Assembly: GCA_003584865.1 (NCBI GenBank)
Contig: QVQE01000108.1
Location: 1 to 62,676 of the forward strand
DNA: 62,676 nt
Origin: Methylococcales bacterium
Lineage (GTDB): Bacteria; Pseudomonadota; Gammaproteobacteria; Methylococcales; Methylomonadaceae
Direction of reading: 5' to 3'
In this document: positions 9,043 through 19,007 of the stretch, in pieces
Layout of the letters: every line of letters begins with the position of its first letter
Position numbering within the stretch: position 1 is the stretch's first letter
The notes under the pieces: generated by a model
Seen by the model: the letters and a program-made list of their open reading frames with translations, nothing else
The model's database searches: none
Told to the model about the DNA's origin: nothing
Made by a program: the position numbers and the translations under genes

Positions 9043-10087
9043 TATGCTCAAATATATCGATTAATCGAGGGTCAAAATGTTTTTCGCTACCTTCCAAAAT
9101 CATGCTAACGGCTTGCTCATGACTAAAGGGTGTTTTATAGGGACGCGTAGCACGAAGAGCATCATAGACATCAGCAATGGCAACAATTCTTGCACTTAAG
9201 GGAATGTTTTCACCTTTTATACCTTCTGGATAGCCTGAACCATTCCATTTTTCATGATGTGATTTGGCAATATCTGAACCCATACGCACCATTTTGTTAT
9301 TGGGATAACTTTTTAATACGGTGTTTAGGGTTTTAAAACCAATCATAGGATGCATTTTCATGGTTTCAAATTCTTCCTCAGTCAGTTTGCCTGGTTTTCG
9401 TAGAATAGCATCAGCAATACCTACTTTGCCGATATCATGAAGTGCAGAAACATGATAGATCATATCAACAAATTGTTCGTCTATGTCGAACCGCTTGTCT
9501 TGTTTAGAGAGTAACGTTTTGGCTAATAATTGACTAAAATTACCCACCCTATCAATATGTAAACCGGTGTCATCATCACGTGACTCAGCTAATTTTGCCA
9601 AAGCAACAATCGTTGATATTTGAGCGGAAAAAATCTCTTCTTCTTTATCATGAAGGGTTAGATTTAAAGATCGATTGTTACGATCAAGTGTTTGTCTTAG
9701 TTCATATAGTTCAAGGTGTGTGGCAATCCGCGCCAACAATTCTTCAACAGCGAAAGGTTTAGACGCATAATCCACAGCACCATGATTGAATGCTTTAATT
9801 TTGGCGTGAGTATCCTGGAAGGCACTTAAAAAAATAATCGGTACTTCCCGAAAAGAATCATTCGCCTTGAGGTGATCAGCCACTTCATAGCCATTCATAG
9901 TGGGCATATCAATATCCAGTATGATGATGTCGGGTGTTTTGTCTTTAGCCATATTGATGGCCATGTATCCATTAGGAGCAACTCTAACACTATAACCTTC
10001 CGATACCAGAGACATCGCTAACAAGCGAAGGTTTTCGGGGGTGTCATCGACAATGAGGATGTTATATTTTTGATTACTTTGGGTCAT
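8924..10087 (-). CDS. Response regulator with HD-GYP c-di-GMP phosphodiesterase domain (RpfG-like)
   Basis: N-terminal REC (LIVDD, ILDIDMP); HDIGK; HHEKWNGSGYP; ADVYDAL...RPYK. Confidence 0.92.
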   Translation of the reverse strand: MTQSNQKYNILIVDDTPENLRLLAMSLVSEGYSVRVAPNGYMAINMAKDKTPDIIILDIDMPTMNGYEVADHLKANDSFREVPIIFLSAFQDTHAKIKAFNHGAVDYASKPFAVEELLARIATHLELYELRQTLDRNNRSLNLTLHDKEEEIFSAQISTIVALAKLAESRDDDTGLHIDRVGNFSQLLAKTLLSKQDKRFDIDEQFVDMIYHVSALHDIGKVGIADAILRKPGKLTEEEFETMKMHPMIGFKTLNTVLKSYPNNKMVRMGSDIAKSHHEKWNGSGYPEGIKGENIPLSARIVAIADVYDALRATRPYKTPFSHEQAVSMILEGSEKHFDPRLIDIFEHIHSEFDRVWVDITLKKYHDALKQPDEQGRAKGVTHHHAN

Positions 10088-12293
10088 CAGATTGCTCTAT
10101 CGTACTTTCTAATAATTTAATTAAAGTAGGGTAGTCAAATTTTTCAGTGAACCCCCTCAGTTTGTGCCCAATAGAACTATGGTGAGATTCAATTTGAGTC
10201 ACCCAATCTTCAATGACGTTGATATAACCACTTTTGATCGCGTTTAAAAGGCCTAAACGCATTGAAAGGGTTAATGCCTCAAGCATTTGAGAATTTAATG
10301 GTGAGTGGTTTCGAGTATCTACCTCTGCTGTTGTTCCATTTTCTGCATATACATAGTTCACCGGGATCAGATTTTTTATTTCATCAAAAATCTGCTGTTC
10401 TCTAATCGGTTTACATAAAAACTTATTGATACCGGCTTTAACAGCTAGCTCCTTGTTTAAGGGGGAGGGTGAAGCTGAAATCATTAAAATAGGGATTGAT
10501 TGGCTTTGAGGGAGTTCTCGAATATGTTGTGCTACCTCAATGCCATCCATGTCTTTCATTCTTAGATCTAAAATAATAATAGATGGGAAGTCTTCTTCTT
10601 TAATTACGCTTAAAGCATCTCGACCATTAGTGACTAAGCGAATATTAAAGCCAACCGAGCTTAACATTTGTCCCATCATATTCAAATTGTCAACTTCGTC
10701 TTCCACAACAAGAACCAGTGGCGGTTCATTATGATCAAGGTTTATACCGATGACGGGTTGACAGAACTCTTGTTTAGGTTGATCTTCAGTCAGTTCAGCA
10801 ACAAATTCGAATCTAAATGTACTGCCTTTTGAGAGTTCACTTTGCACGCTAATTGAGCCGTTCATCAATTGGGCAAATTCGTTACTGACGGCTAAACCCA
10901 GGCCGGCACCAATTTGTTTGGCACCGGATTCTGCCTGTTCAAAGACATTAAAAATACTGCTTAATTGTTCGGCTTCGATGCCGCAGCCATTGTCTTCGAC
11001 TTCTATATAGAGAGTAATCTTATTTCTATCGCGCTCGACAACACTCGCACGGAGTTCAATTTTTCCATGATCGGAAAACTTTAAGGCATTGCCTAACAGA
11101 TTAATAAGAACCTGACGGACTTTATTGTTATCAATGATTAACCAGTCTGGAATATCTTCTGAAAAACTAACATTTAATTTAAGACCTTTCTTTTTGGCAG
11201 ATAATAAAAACATCCTTTTGAGATCATTAATTAAATTAAACAGGTTGGTTTTGACAGGTATTAATTTCATCTTTCCAGCTTCAATTTTCGCCATATCCAG
11301 AACGGAATCTAATAACAGTAAAAGATGTTCGCCACTACGATCAATAATATCGAGATATTCTCTTTGTTGTGTTGTAAACGTACCTTCTCTACGCAAGAGC
11401 TGGGCATAGCCTAGAACAGCATTCATGGGTGTGCGTATTTCATGGCTCATACTAGCCAAAAATTTACTTTTGGCCTGATTGTTGGCCTCAGCCTGTACTA
11501 ATTTTAAACGCGCTTCATCGGCTATTTTTAAATGGGTAATATCGCGGGATATCTGAATACATTCGGTGATGTTATCTCGAACAATAGGCACTAATCTATG
11601 ATTATAAAAATTGCTTTGTTTATGCCAGGGCAATTTCATGTTCGACTCGAATTCAACGGTTTTATTTTCAGTGAATACGGTGTGTAGCGCGTTTTTTTCT
11701 AACGCAATGTCGGTCTGACTAAAAAACTGATACACAGATTTGCCAATAAAAGCTTTGTTTGCTCCCAGTTGATTAATAAATATGATATTGCCTTCCTGAT
11801 CGAGATTAAAAATACAGTCGGGTGTATTTTCAAGCAGTAAGCGGAGTTTATTACTTTCTTCCAATAAAGCACTGGTTCTTTCTTCAACGGTACGCTCAAG
11901 GCCAATCCTGTATCGTGCTAATTCTAAAAATACCTTAACCTTACTGAGAAAAATAGTCTGGTCAAACGGCTTAATGATATAGTCAACCGCCCCTCTTTCA
12001 TAACCCTTAAAAGAATGTTGTTCGTCAGCAAAAGCGGCTGTGAGAAAAATGATGGGGATACGACAGGTTGAGGGGTCACCGAGTAGATAATTGGCGAGTT
12101 CGTAGCCGTCCATTTCAGGCATTTGTACATCAAGAATAGCCAGGGCAAAATTATATTGTAAAGTGAGTCCCAATGCTTCTTGACCGCTAGAGGCTTTAAT
12201 AGCAATGACATCGTCTAGCGTGTTAAGCACTTTTTCAAGGGCAAACAGATTCTTGGGCATGTCATCCACTAAAAGAATATAAACTTCTGGCAT
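10074..12293 (-). CDS. Cytoplasmic hybrid kinase REC-PAS-HisKA-HATPase-REC
   Basis: N-terminal REC (LLVDD, LDVQMP), PAS-like segment, FLASMSHEIRTPMN, NLLGNALKF, GAGLGL, C-terminal REC. Confidence 0.92.
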   Translation of the reverse strand: MPEVYILLVDDMPKNLFALEKVLNTLDDVIAIKASSGQEALGLTLQYNFALAILDVQMPEMDGYELANYLLGDPSTCRIPIIFLTAAFADEQHSFKGYERGAVDYIIKPFDQTIFLSKVKVFLELARYRIGLERTVEERTSALLEESNKLRLLLENTPDCIFNLDQEGNIIFINQLGANKAFIGKSVYQFFSQTDIALEKNALHTVFTENKTVEFESNMKLPWHKQSNFYNHRLVPIVRDNITECIQISRDITHLKIADEARLKLVQAEANNQAKSKFLASMSHEIRTPMNAVLGYAQLLRREGTFTTQQREYLDIIDRSGEHLLLLLDSVLDMAKIEAGKMKLIPVKTNLFNLINDLKRMFLLSAKKKGLKLNVSFSEDIPDWLIIDNNKVRQVLINLLGNALKFSDHGKIELRASVVERDRNKITLYIEVEDNGCGIEAEQLSSIFNVFEQAESGAKQIGAGLGLAVSNEFAQLMNGSISVQSELSKGSTFRFEFVAELTEDQPKQEFCQPVIGINLDHNEPPLVLVVEDEVDNLNMMGQMLSSVGFNIRLVTNGRDALSVIKEEDFPSIIILDLRMKDMDGIEVAQHIRELPQSQSIPILMISASPSPLNKELAVKAGINKFLCKPIREQQIFDEIKNLIPVNYVYAENGTTAEVDTRNHSPLNSQMLEALTLSMRLGLLNAIKSGYINVIEDWVTQIESHHSSIGHKLRGFTEKFDYPTLIKLLESTIEQSDDPK

Positions 12294-12351
12294 TATTTAG
12301 ATATCCTAGATATAGAGTTAATATGTTATTAAGGAGCTAAATATCAATAAA

Positions 12352-13182
12352 TTATATTTTTTTCTTATATATTTTGGCATGTTCATCCACCGTTATAAAT
12401 TTATCAGCAACCGACGAAAACATTAAACTTTCAGTATCGCCTAAACATAAAAAACCACCGTATTCCAGGCTTTCCCAAAACAGTTGTAATACTTGCTCTT
12501 TGAGTTGATCGTTGAAGTAAATGAGTACATTTCTACAGACGATCATTTGCATTTCTCCAAAGCTTTTATCGGTCACTAAATTGTGTAAACTGAAGGTAAT
12601 GCTTTTTTTAAGATAGGGTTTTATGGCGGCATTACCGTAGTTAGCATGGTAATAATGAGATAGTGAAGCAGAGCCGCCAGATTTTAAATAGTTAATACTG
12701 CCCATTTTAATGGTTTCTAAAGGATATACACCGGTTTTGCCTATAGTCAAGGCTGATTGACTGATGTCAGTTGCGTATAACATAGCTCTATTGAGTAATT
12801 GTTCATCATTTAATAGTATAGCCATTGAGTAAGCTTCTTCACCGGTTGCACAACCGGCGTGCCAGATTTTGAAGTAGGGCCAGGTTTTTAAAAAGGGGAG
12901 TACTTTGTCTCTGAGTGCGCTGTAAAAAAAAGGATCTCTAAACAACGCAGTAACGGATATTGAAAAATAAGTAATAAGTTCGTAAAAAAAGCTTCTATCT
13001 CTTAATAGGCGATTAATGACTTCAGAATAGGAACCACATTGCTTATCAATGAGGAATTGTGTCAAACGTCTTTCCAGGCTTGAGCGAGAATAGCTCCTAA
13101 AATCATAGCCATAGCGTTTGTAAATGGCTTCCAGTAATAAATCAATTTCAATGTTTGCAATTTCTATATCATCTGTTGTCAT
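12352..13182 (-). CDS. cheR: CheR-family protein-glutamate O-methyltransferase
   Basis: YGYDFR, LFRDP, IWHAGCATGEEAYSMAI, YATDIS, CRNVLIYF, GGFLCLG motifs. Confidence 0.9.
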   Translation of the reverse strand: MTTDDIEIANIEIDLLLEAIYKRYGYDFRSYSRSSLERRLTQFLIDKQCGSYSEVINRLLRDRSFFYELITYFSISVTALFRDPFFYSALRDKVLPFLKTWPYFKIWHAGCATGEEAYSMAILLNDEQLLNRAMLYATDISQSALTIGKTGVYPLETIKMGSINYLKSGGSASLSHYYHANYGNAAIKPYLKKSITFSLHNLVTDKSFGEMQMIVCRNVLIYFNDQLKEQVLQLFWESLEYGGFLCLGDTESLMFSSVADKFITVDEHAKIYKKKI

Positions 13183-13279
13183 GTGACTATTAATTACCCA
13201 AAAATATAGTATTGATTATACTACTTGTCATTCACTATAGCCGAAACAGAAATCATAAAATAAACGTGTGGTGACGTTC

Positions 13280-13308
13280 CTAGGGATAGGTTGCGACCCC
13301 ATCCCTAC
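13280..13308 (-). repeat. GTAG-type REP-like palindrome
   Basis: Minus strand GTAGGGATGGGGTCGCAACCTATCCCTAG forms a hairpin in the cheR-ilvD intergenic region. Confidence 0.55.
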
Positions 13309-13407
13309 GATGTCCCCTCGTTCGTATATAATACGTTACAATTCCATTTGTCATTGTGATAGCAACACTATCATTTTTAAATCTACTTAATTAAGGAACC
13401 CTTCATC

Positions 13408-15264
13408 ATGCCTGTTTATCGTTCTAAGACTTCTACCGCTGGCCGCAACATGGCAGGGGCTCGCTCATTATGGCGTGCCACAGGTATGAAGGATGATGAC
13501 TTCAGCAAACCCATTATTGCCATTGCAAATTCCTTCACCCAGTTTGTGCCGGGGCATGTGCATTTGAAAGACTTGGGCCAGTTAGTGGCGCGTGAGATTG
13601 AAGCCGCTGGAGGCGTAGCCAAAGAATTCAACACCATAGCTGTAGACGATGGTATCGCAATGGGCCACGATGGTATGTTGTATTCATTACCCAGTCGCGA
13701 CATCATAGCCGACTCGGTGGAATACATGGTCAATGCCCATTGTGCTGATGCACTGGTGTGTATTTCTAACTGTGACAAGATAACTCCGGGTATGTTGATG
13801 GCTGCAATGCGTCTTAACATTCCAGTTATCTTTGTGTCCGGTGGCCCCATGGAGGCGGGCAAAGTGCGCTTGGCAAACCCAGAGACAAACACGTTTGAAT
13901 TCAAAAAACTCGACTTGATTGATGCCATGGTGATGGCCGCTGACAGCAAAGTGTCTGACAGTGATTTGGCCGAAGTTGAACGTTCTGCCTGTCCTACCTG
14001 TGGTTCATGTTCGGGGATGTTTACGGCTAACTCGATGAACTGCTTGACTGAAGCGTTGGGTTTATCCTTGCCGGGTAACGGCACTGTGGTAGCAACACAC
14101 GCGGATCGTGAGCAGCTTTTTAAACAAGCCGGTCGCAGTATTGTTGAGATTGCTAAACGTTATTACGAACAAGACGATGTTTCTGTGCTGCCACGCTCTA
14201 TTGGCTTTAAAGCCTTTGAAAATGCCATTGCTCTGGATATTGCTATGGGTGGCTCCACAAATACTATCTTACATATTCTGGCCATTGCTCAAGAAGCTGA
14301 AATCGACTTTACCCTGTCTGACATTGACCGGATGTCAAAAATCGTTCCTCAGTTGTGTAAAGTGGCGCCTAATACTAACAAATATCATATTGAAGACGTA
14401 CACCGTGCCGGCGGTATCATGGCTATTTTGGGTGAGCTGGATCGTGCTGGCAAGTTACATACAGATGTACCCACGGTACATGCTAAAACCATGAAAGAAG
14501 CGTTGGATCTATGGGATATTGCCCGTAACCCTAGCGATACCGTTAAAACCTTCTACTTGGCAGGGCCTGCCGGGATTCCTTCGCAAGTAGCATTCAGTCA
14601 AAACACCCGTTGGCCTAGTCTGGATGTGGATCGTGCCGAAGGTTGTATTCGTTCTTTAGACTATGCCTTTAGTAAAGAGGGCGGCTTGGCTGTGTTGCGC
14701 GGTAATATTGCTGTAGACGGCTGTGTGGTAAAAACCGCTGGTGTAGATGACAGTTTGCTCGTTTTTGAAGGCTCTGCTCATGTCGTAGAAAGTCAGGATG
14801 AAGCGGTAGAAAATATCTTGGGTGATAAGGTCAAAGCCGGTGATGTAGTTGTTGTGCGTTATGAAGGCCCTAAAGGTGGCCCCGGTATGCAGGAAATGTT
14901 GTACCCCACTAGTTATATCAAGTCCAAAGGCTTGGGTAAAGCCTGTGCATTATTAACCGATGGTCGTTTCTCCGGCGGCACTTCAGGCTTATCAATTGGT
15001 CACTGTTCACCCGAAGCGGCAGCGGGTGGCAATATCGGTTTGGTACGCACTGGTGATCTTATACGTATTGATATCCCGAATCGTACCATCAATGTATTAG
15101 TGAGTGATGATGAGTTGGCTAAACGCCGTACAGAGCAAGACATCCTGGGCTGGAAACCTGTTTTGCCTCGTCCTCGCAAAGTGTCTGCGGCACTTAAGGC
15201 TTATGCGATGTTGGCGACCAGTGCAGACCGTGGAGCGGTTAGGAATCTGGCATTATTAGATTAA
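13408..15264 (+). CDS. ilvD: Dihydroxy-acid dehydratase
   Basis: [53 protein letters not shown]. Confidence 0.97.
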   Translation: MPVYRSKTSTAGRNMAGARSLWRATGMKDDDFSKPIIAIANSFTQFVPGHVHLKDLGQLVAREIEAAGGVAKEFNTIAVDDGIAMGHDGMLYSLPSRDIIADSVEYMVNAHCADALVCISNCDKITPGMLMAAMRLNIPVIFVSGGPMEAGKVRLANPETNTFEFKKLDLIDAMVMAADSKVSDSDLAEVERSACPTCGSCSGMFTANSMNCLTEALGLSLPGNGTVVATHADREQLFKQAGRSIVEIAKRYYEQDDVSVLPRSIGFKAFENAIALDIAMGGSTNTILHILAIAQEAEIDFTLSDIDRMSKIVPQLCKVAPNTNKYHIEDVHRAGGIMAILGELDRAGKLHTDVPTVHAKTMKEALDLWDIARNPSDTVKTFYLAGPAGIPSQVAFSQNTRWPSLDVDRAEGCIRSLDYAFSKEGGLAVLRGNIAVDGCVVKTAGVDDSLLVFEGSAHVVESQDEAVENILGDKVKAGDVVVVRYEGPKGGPGMQEMLYPTSYIKSKGLGKACALLTDGRFSGGTSGLSIGHCSPEAAAGGNIGLVRTGDLIRIDIPNRTINVLVSDDELAKRRTEQDILGWKPVLPRPRKVSAALKAYAMLATSADRGAVRNLALLD

Positions 15265-15324
15265 TGGCTGTTGCTTTTTATATTGCTCTAATCGGTCTGA
15301 AACGCTTGCGTTAAAAATCACTGT

Positions 15325-15383
15325 GTATTTTACACCCTATCAAATAGGTATTTTATACCCTATTTGATAGGTATTTTATACCC
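15325..15383. repeat. 2.6 copies of a 23-bp direct repeat upstream of gvpA
   Basis: GTATTTTACACCCTATCAAATAG / GTATTTTATACCCTATTTGATAG / GTATTTTATACCC. Confidence 0.85.
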
Positions 15384-15542
15384 CAGTTTAGCTGTTGCAA
15401 GGTTAGTTATTTTTTCTTATGTCTACACTATTTCTTTTAAGCTGTTTATCGCTAATAGATAACATTGTTATCTTTTTGTTTTTTAAAAGGATTAGTTAAT
15501 TAATTTATTTTTTCAGGCTGAATCTATCATCGGAGAAATAAT

Positions 15543-15558
15543 TGGCATAGTGAATGCT
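15543..15558 (+). promoter_or_regulatory. Putative sigma54 (-24/-12) promoter of gvpA
   Basis: TGGCATAGTGAATGCT has the exact GG-N10-GC spacing of TGGCACGNNNNTTGCW and lies 80 bp upstream of the gvpA ATG (RBS AGGAG). Confidence 0.65.
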
Positions 15559-15638
15559 CTAATATCAGGTATGCAATCAAATGCATTAGGGATTATCAAT
15601 ATCTTAGGGATTTAAAAAACATTTTAGGAGAAGCTATC

Positions 15639-15857
15639 ATGGCTAAAGTACAAAAATCAACCGACTCTTCCAGCTTAGCAGAAGTCGTAGACCGTATTCT
15701 TGACAAAGGCATCGTCATTGATGCATGGGTTAAGGTTTCATTAGTAGGTATCGAATTATTATCAATCGAAGCTCGCGTCGTTATCGCTTCTGTTGAAACT
15801 TATTTGAAATATGCTGAAGCGATTGGCCTTACTGCCAGCGCCGCTACTCCAGCATAA
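15639..15857 (+). CDS. gvpA: Gas vesicle structural protein GvpA
   Basis: [55 protein letters not shown]. Confidence 0.97.
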   Translation: MAKVQKSTDSSSLAEVVDRILDKGIVIDAWVKVSLVGIELLSIEARVVIASVETYLKYAEAIGLTASAATPA

Positions 15858-15893
15858 TCAGTAAAGCATCATTAGTCATTAGATTAAAGAGAG

Positions 15894-15939
15894 AAAAAAA
15901 TGCCCGATTGTTTAATTTTAAACACTCGGGCATTTTTTT
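15894..15939 (+). terminator. Intrinsic terminator/attenuator between gvpA and gvpF/L
   Basis: AAAAAAATGCCCGA...TCGGGCATTTTTTT stem with T tract. Confidence 0.8.
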
Positions 15940-16007
15940 GTTGCCGCAGGCCTACTTGCTTGTGGCATTCGGTTAAGAAGCTATTAATGTATCTAAGGGA
16001 GTAGTGT

Positions 16008-16838
16008 GTGAGCAGTGATAAATTAAAAAGTGATCACGCTAAAGTGCTTTATGCATTGTGTGCATCGGATGGGGAAAAACCTGATTATAAGTTAGTAGGA
16101 TTAGAGTCTGCTCCGGTTTATGCAATAGATAAGGATGGCTTAAGAGCCGTGGTCAGTGATACTCAGGGTGGGCGTCTACGACCTGATCGACGCAATATTG
16201 GTGCGCATCAGTCGGTATTGCACGCTTTGACAGAAGCAGGTACTGTGCTGCCCATTAGGTTTGGCATTATCGCACGCAGTGCTAAGGCCGTTGAAGATTT
16301 ACTGGTTGCCAACCAAAGAACAATTAAAAAGCATCTTGAGCAACTAGCCGGTCGTGTAGAGATGGGCTTACGTGTTTCTTGGGATGTCGCCAATATTTAC
16401 GAATATTATGTAGAGACTCACCCCATTTTAAAGCAGGGGCGTGATGAGATCTGGAATAGAAACGCTAATCCTGGGGATCTTCGTGAGGAGAAAATCAGAT
16501 TAGGTAATTTATACCAGTCATTACGTGACGCAGACAGACTGGAGTTTACTGAGAAGGTAAAAAATATTTTAGTTAATTATTGCGAAGACATCGTCGAGAC
16601 AGCGGTTAAGAAAGAAAAGGACGTCATGGATTTAGCGTGTTTAGTCGAACGAAATAAGCTGGATGAGTTTGCTAAAGGCGTTTTTGATGCTTCAAAGTTA
16701 TTTGATAATGCTTTTTTATTTGATTACACGGGGCCTTCTTGGGCGCCTCATAACTTTACTACCTTAAATTTGTATGAGCCTGTTTCTAAAAAGGGAAAAA
16801 ATTCTGAGTCCGTGGAGTTGGTAGAGGATGAGCCTTGA
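16008..16838 (+). CDS. GvpL/GvpF-family gas vesicle protein
   Basis: LRAVVS, AHQSVL, TVLPIRFG, LAGRVEMGLRV, ACLVE, YTGPSWAPHNF motifs; adjacent to gvpA; GTG start. Confidence 0.88.
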   Translation: MSSDKLKSDHAKVLYALCASDGEKPDYKLVGLESAPVYAIDKDGLRAVVSDTQGGRLRPDRRNIGAHQSVLHALTEAGTVLPIRFGIIARSAKAVEDLLVANQRTIKKHLEQLAGRVEMGLRVSWDVANIYEYYVETHPILKQGRDEIWNRNANPGDLREEKIRLGNLYQSLRDADRLEFTEKVKNILVNYCEDIVETAVKKEKDVMDLACLVERNKLDEFAKGVFDASKLFDNAFLFDYTGPSWAPHNFTTLNLYEPVSKKGKNSESVELVEDEP

Positions 16839-16873
16839 TTCTGCTGATGATTGATTCTATCAAGCTTTCATTG

Positions 16874-16920
16874 TATCCACTTTAAGTTCCGATTGTTTTT
16901 TCTGGAATTTAAAGTGGATA
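16874..16920. terminator. Inverted repeat between convergent genes (probable bidirectional terminator)
   Basis: TATCCACTTTAAGTTCC ... GGAATTTAAAGTGGATA. Confidence 0.6.
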
Positions 16921-16935
16921 TGTTGTTTTTATCCC

Positions 16936-17541
16936 TTAATATAATCTTGCCAGGCGATGAAGTGCTTCACTGCCATGATTAAATATGGGCCAGCCATCGC
17001 CGATCAATACTGCTTTAATATTGGGAAGTTCTGCCATACGTTTAACTGATTTAACGGCTTTATGAAGATCAGTCAGTTTTTCTTCAGGTAACAAACATAA
17101 CTCGCCCGCTAAATGGCTACGGATCAAATCGCCGGTAATGAGTGTGGTGTGTTCCAAAAGTAACGCTAATTCACCGTGCGTTTTAGAGCCTTCTAACTGA
17201 AATGCAATAAGTCCCGGACAGACTTCTTCGTTATCAATTAACCAGCGATCGCAGCTAATAGGAAAGGTATCTTCTTCACCCGCTGGTCCAAGGATTTGAG
17301 CGCCCGTGGTCAGTGCGAGGTGTTCAGCATCGCGACAATGGTCACTGTTTGTTACGATAATAATATGAACACCACCCAAGCGTTGCAAGTGACTGTGATC
17401 GTGTTCCGACATGGGTAATGGATCAATTAATATATTTCCTTCCTCGCGTACCCACAGTACACTGTGAAAATCCAGATTGCGCTCCTTGTTAAACTCTGAC
17501 CAGCCGAATAGGTCTTTTCTGTGTAATTGTTTCATTTGCAA
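16936..17541 (-). CDS. Metallo-beta-lactamase-fold protein with degenerate metal motif
   Basis: ILIDP, TNSDHCRD, GSKTHGE, LITGD, LIGDG. Confidence 0.75.
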   Translation of the reverse strand: MQMKQLHRKDLFGWSEFNKERNLDFHSVLWVREEGNILIDPLPMSEHDHSHLQRLGGVHIIIVTNSDHCRDAEHLALTTGAQILGPAGEEDTFPISCDRWLIDNEEVCPGLIAFQLEGSKTHGELALLLEHTTLITGDLIRSHLAGELCLLPEEKLTDLHKAVKSVKRMAELPNIKAVLIGDGWPIFNHGSEALHRLARLY

Positions 17542-17568
17542 TATCTCCGATTATTTATATAAACGTCT

Positions 17569-17760
17569 TTAAAATGATATTAGGCTTTCTTGCTTCCGGC
17601 TCTCAATGTTATTAAGAAAAACGTTACGTGTTTCGTCATCAACTTCGCTCCAAACTGTGATTTCGTGAATAGTTCGAAAGCAGCCGATACAAATATTATT
17701 CATGTTTAGTAAACACTGACCCATACAGGGTGACGGTATAATCGTCGGGTTAATGTTCAT
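17569..17760 (-). CDS. DUF1289-family small Cys-rich protein
   Basis: SPCMGQC...CIGCFRTIHEITVW. Confidence 0.8.
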   Translation of the reverse strand: MNINPTIIPSPCMGQCLLNMNNICIGCFRTIHEITVWSEVDDETRNVFLNNIESRKQESLISF

Positions 17761-17776
17761 GACTTATCCCGTTGTT

Positions 17777-18034
17777 TTAGGCCTTGCCTAGTAAAATATC
17801 CAGTTTTTTTTGTTGGTCTAGCGCATATAAATCATCGAAACCACCGACATGGAAATCACCAATATAAATTTGTGGTACTGTCCGGCGTTTCGTTTTTTGC
17901 ATCATTTCCTCCCGTAGACCCAGTTGGGCATCCACATTAATTTCTTTATAGGTGACGCCTTTCTTGTCAAGAAGACGTTTTGCCATAATGCAATAGGGAC
18001 AAATTTTAGTTGTATAGATCAGTATCTCAGGCAT
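17777..18034 (-). CDS. grxC: Glutaredoxin 3
   Basis: CPYC active site, TVPQIYIG, GGFDD. Confidence 0.93.
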   Translation of the reverse strand: MPEILIYTTKICPYCIMAKRLLDKKGVTYKEINVDAQLGLREEMMQKTKRRTVPQIYIGDFHVGGFDDLYALDQQKKLDILLGKA

Positions 18035-18173
18035 GTTTTAATTATGTTTGGTACTATATAAGTTTGTGTAGTCTAAAGGTTCACCGTTGAAGGTTCAAGG
18101 TTCAAAATCAACCTTTGTTTCTAATATGCTGAATCGTGTTACCTTATTTGCTGTATTATAAAGAGATTAAACC

Positions 18174-18554
18174 ATGAGTGATTTACCCGTTAATTTGAAA
18201 TATGCATGCTCCCATGAGTGGGTTCTGGTCGAAGAAGATAATCTTGTTCGAGTCGGCATCACTGATTTTGCTCAGTCAGAATTGGGCGACCTTGTTTTTG
18301 TACAGCTGCCAGAATTAGGGCGACAAGTGATAGCGAATGAACAATGTGCTGTTGTGGAATCGGTTAAAACAGCGTCAGACTTATATAGCCCTGTTTCAGG
18401 TGAGATTGTCGCCACTAACCTGGTTTTATCAAATGAGCCTGAGCAAATAAATGATAATCCTTATGGTACCTGGATATTTTGTGTTAAATCAGACGATTTA
18501 TCTACATTAGATCAGTTAATGGATGCTGATACTTATCAAGCCTTCATAGAATAA
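18174..18554 (+). CDS. gcvH: Glycine cleavage system H protein
   Basis: HEWV, VGITDFAQSELGD, lipoyl-Lys motif VESVKTASDLYSP. Confidence 0.95.
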   Translation: MSDLPVNLKYACSHEWVLVEEDNLVRVGITDFAQSELGDLVFVQLPELGRQVIANEQCAVVESVKTASDLYSPVSGEIVATNLVLSNEPEQINDNPYGTWIFCVKSDDLSTLDQLMDADTYQAFIE

Positions 18555-18636
18555 TATAACGGAAAATAAGCTGTCGTTATCTTTTCATTTATATTAAGTA
18601 CACTTCACTTTTTTCTAAAGGATAATCAATACTGTA

Positions 18637-18996
18637 ATGGCAAATCAAAATGCGAAAGGTTTTAAGCGCCTAATCAATGCTTGTATCTTTTCTGTTGCTG
18701 GATTTAAGGCGACATGGACTCATGAAGAAGCTTTTAGGCAAGAAGTTATTTTGTTTGTAGTGACGACCCCCCTCGCCATCTGGCTGGGACAGTCTACAAT
18801 TGAAAAATTATTGCTCATTGGTAGTATTGTATTGGTTATGTTAGTTGAGTTATTAAATTCAGCGGTAGAAGCCGTGGTTGATCGGGTAGGTTTTGAACAT
18901 CATGAGTTATCAGGTAGAGCAAAAGATATTGGCTCTGCGGCAGTCATGATGTCGTTGGCTTGGGCGGCAACGACCTGGGTATTAATTTTAATTTAA
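18637..18996 (+). CDS. dgkA: Diacylglycerol kinase
   Basis: EEAFRQE, ELLNSAVEAVVDR, SGRAKDIGSAAV. Confidence 0.93.
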   Translation: MANQNAKGFKRLINACIFSVAGFKATWTHEEAFRQEVILFVVTTPLAIWLGQSTIEKLLLIGSIVLVMLVELLNSAVEAVVDRVGFEHHELSGRAKDIGSAAVMMSLAWAATTWVLILI

Positions 18997-19007
18997 GGAA
19001 AATATTT

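Noticed and set aside
13416-14084. 222-aa antisense ORF in ilvD and similar short ORFs nested in other genes (e.g. 1395-1676, 2707-3015, 24378-24815, 48468-48809)
   Set aside because: Fully overlapped by well-supported genes and lacking recognisable motifs.
15325-15383. Mini-CRISPR or plasmid iteron interpretation of the 23-bp repeats
   Set aside because: Head-to-tail units without spacers, fewer than three full copies and no rep gene. The position fits a promoter-upstream element better.
15594-15606. IHF consensus match TATCAATATCTTA near gvpA
   Set aside because: It lies downstream of the sigma54 element rather than between enhancer and promoter, and such matches are common in AT-rich DNA.
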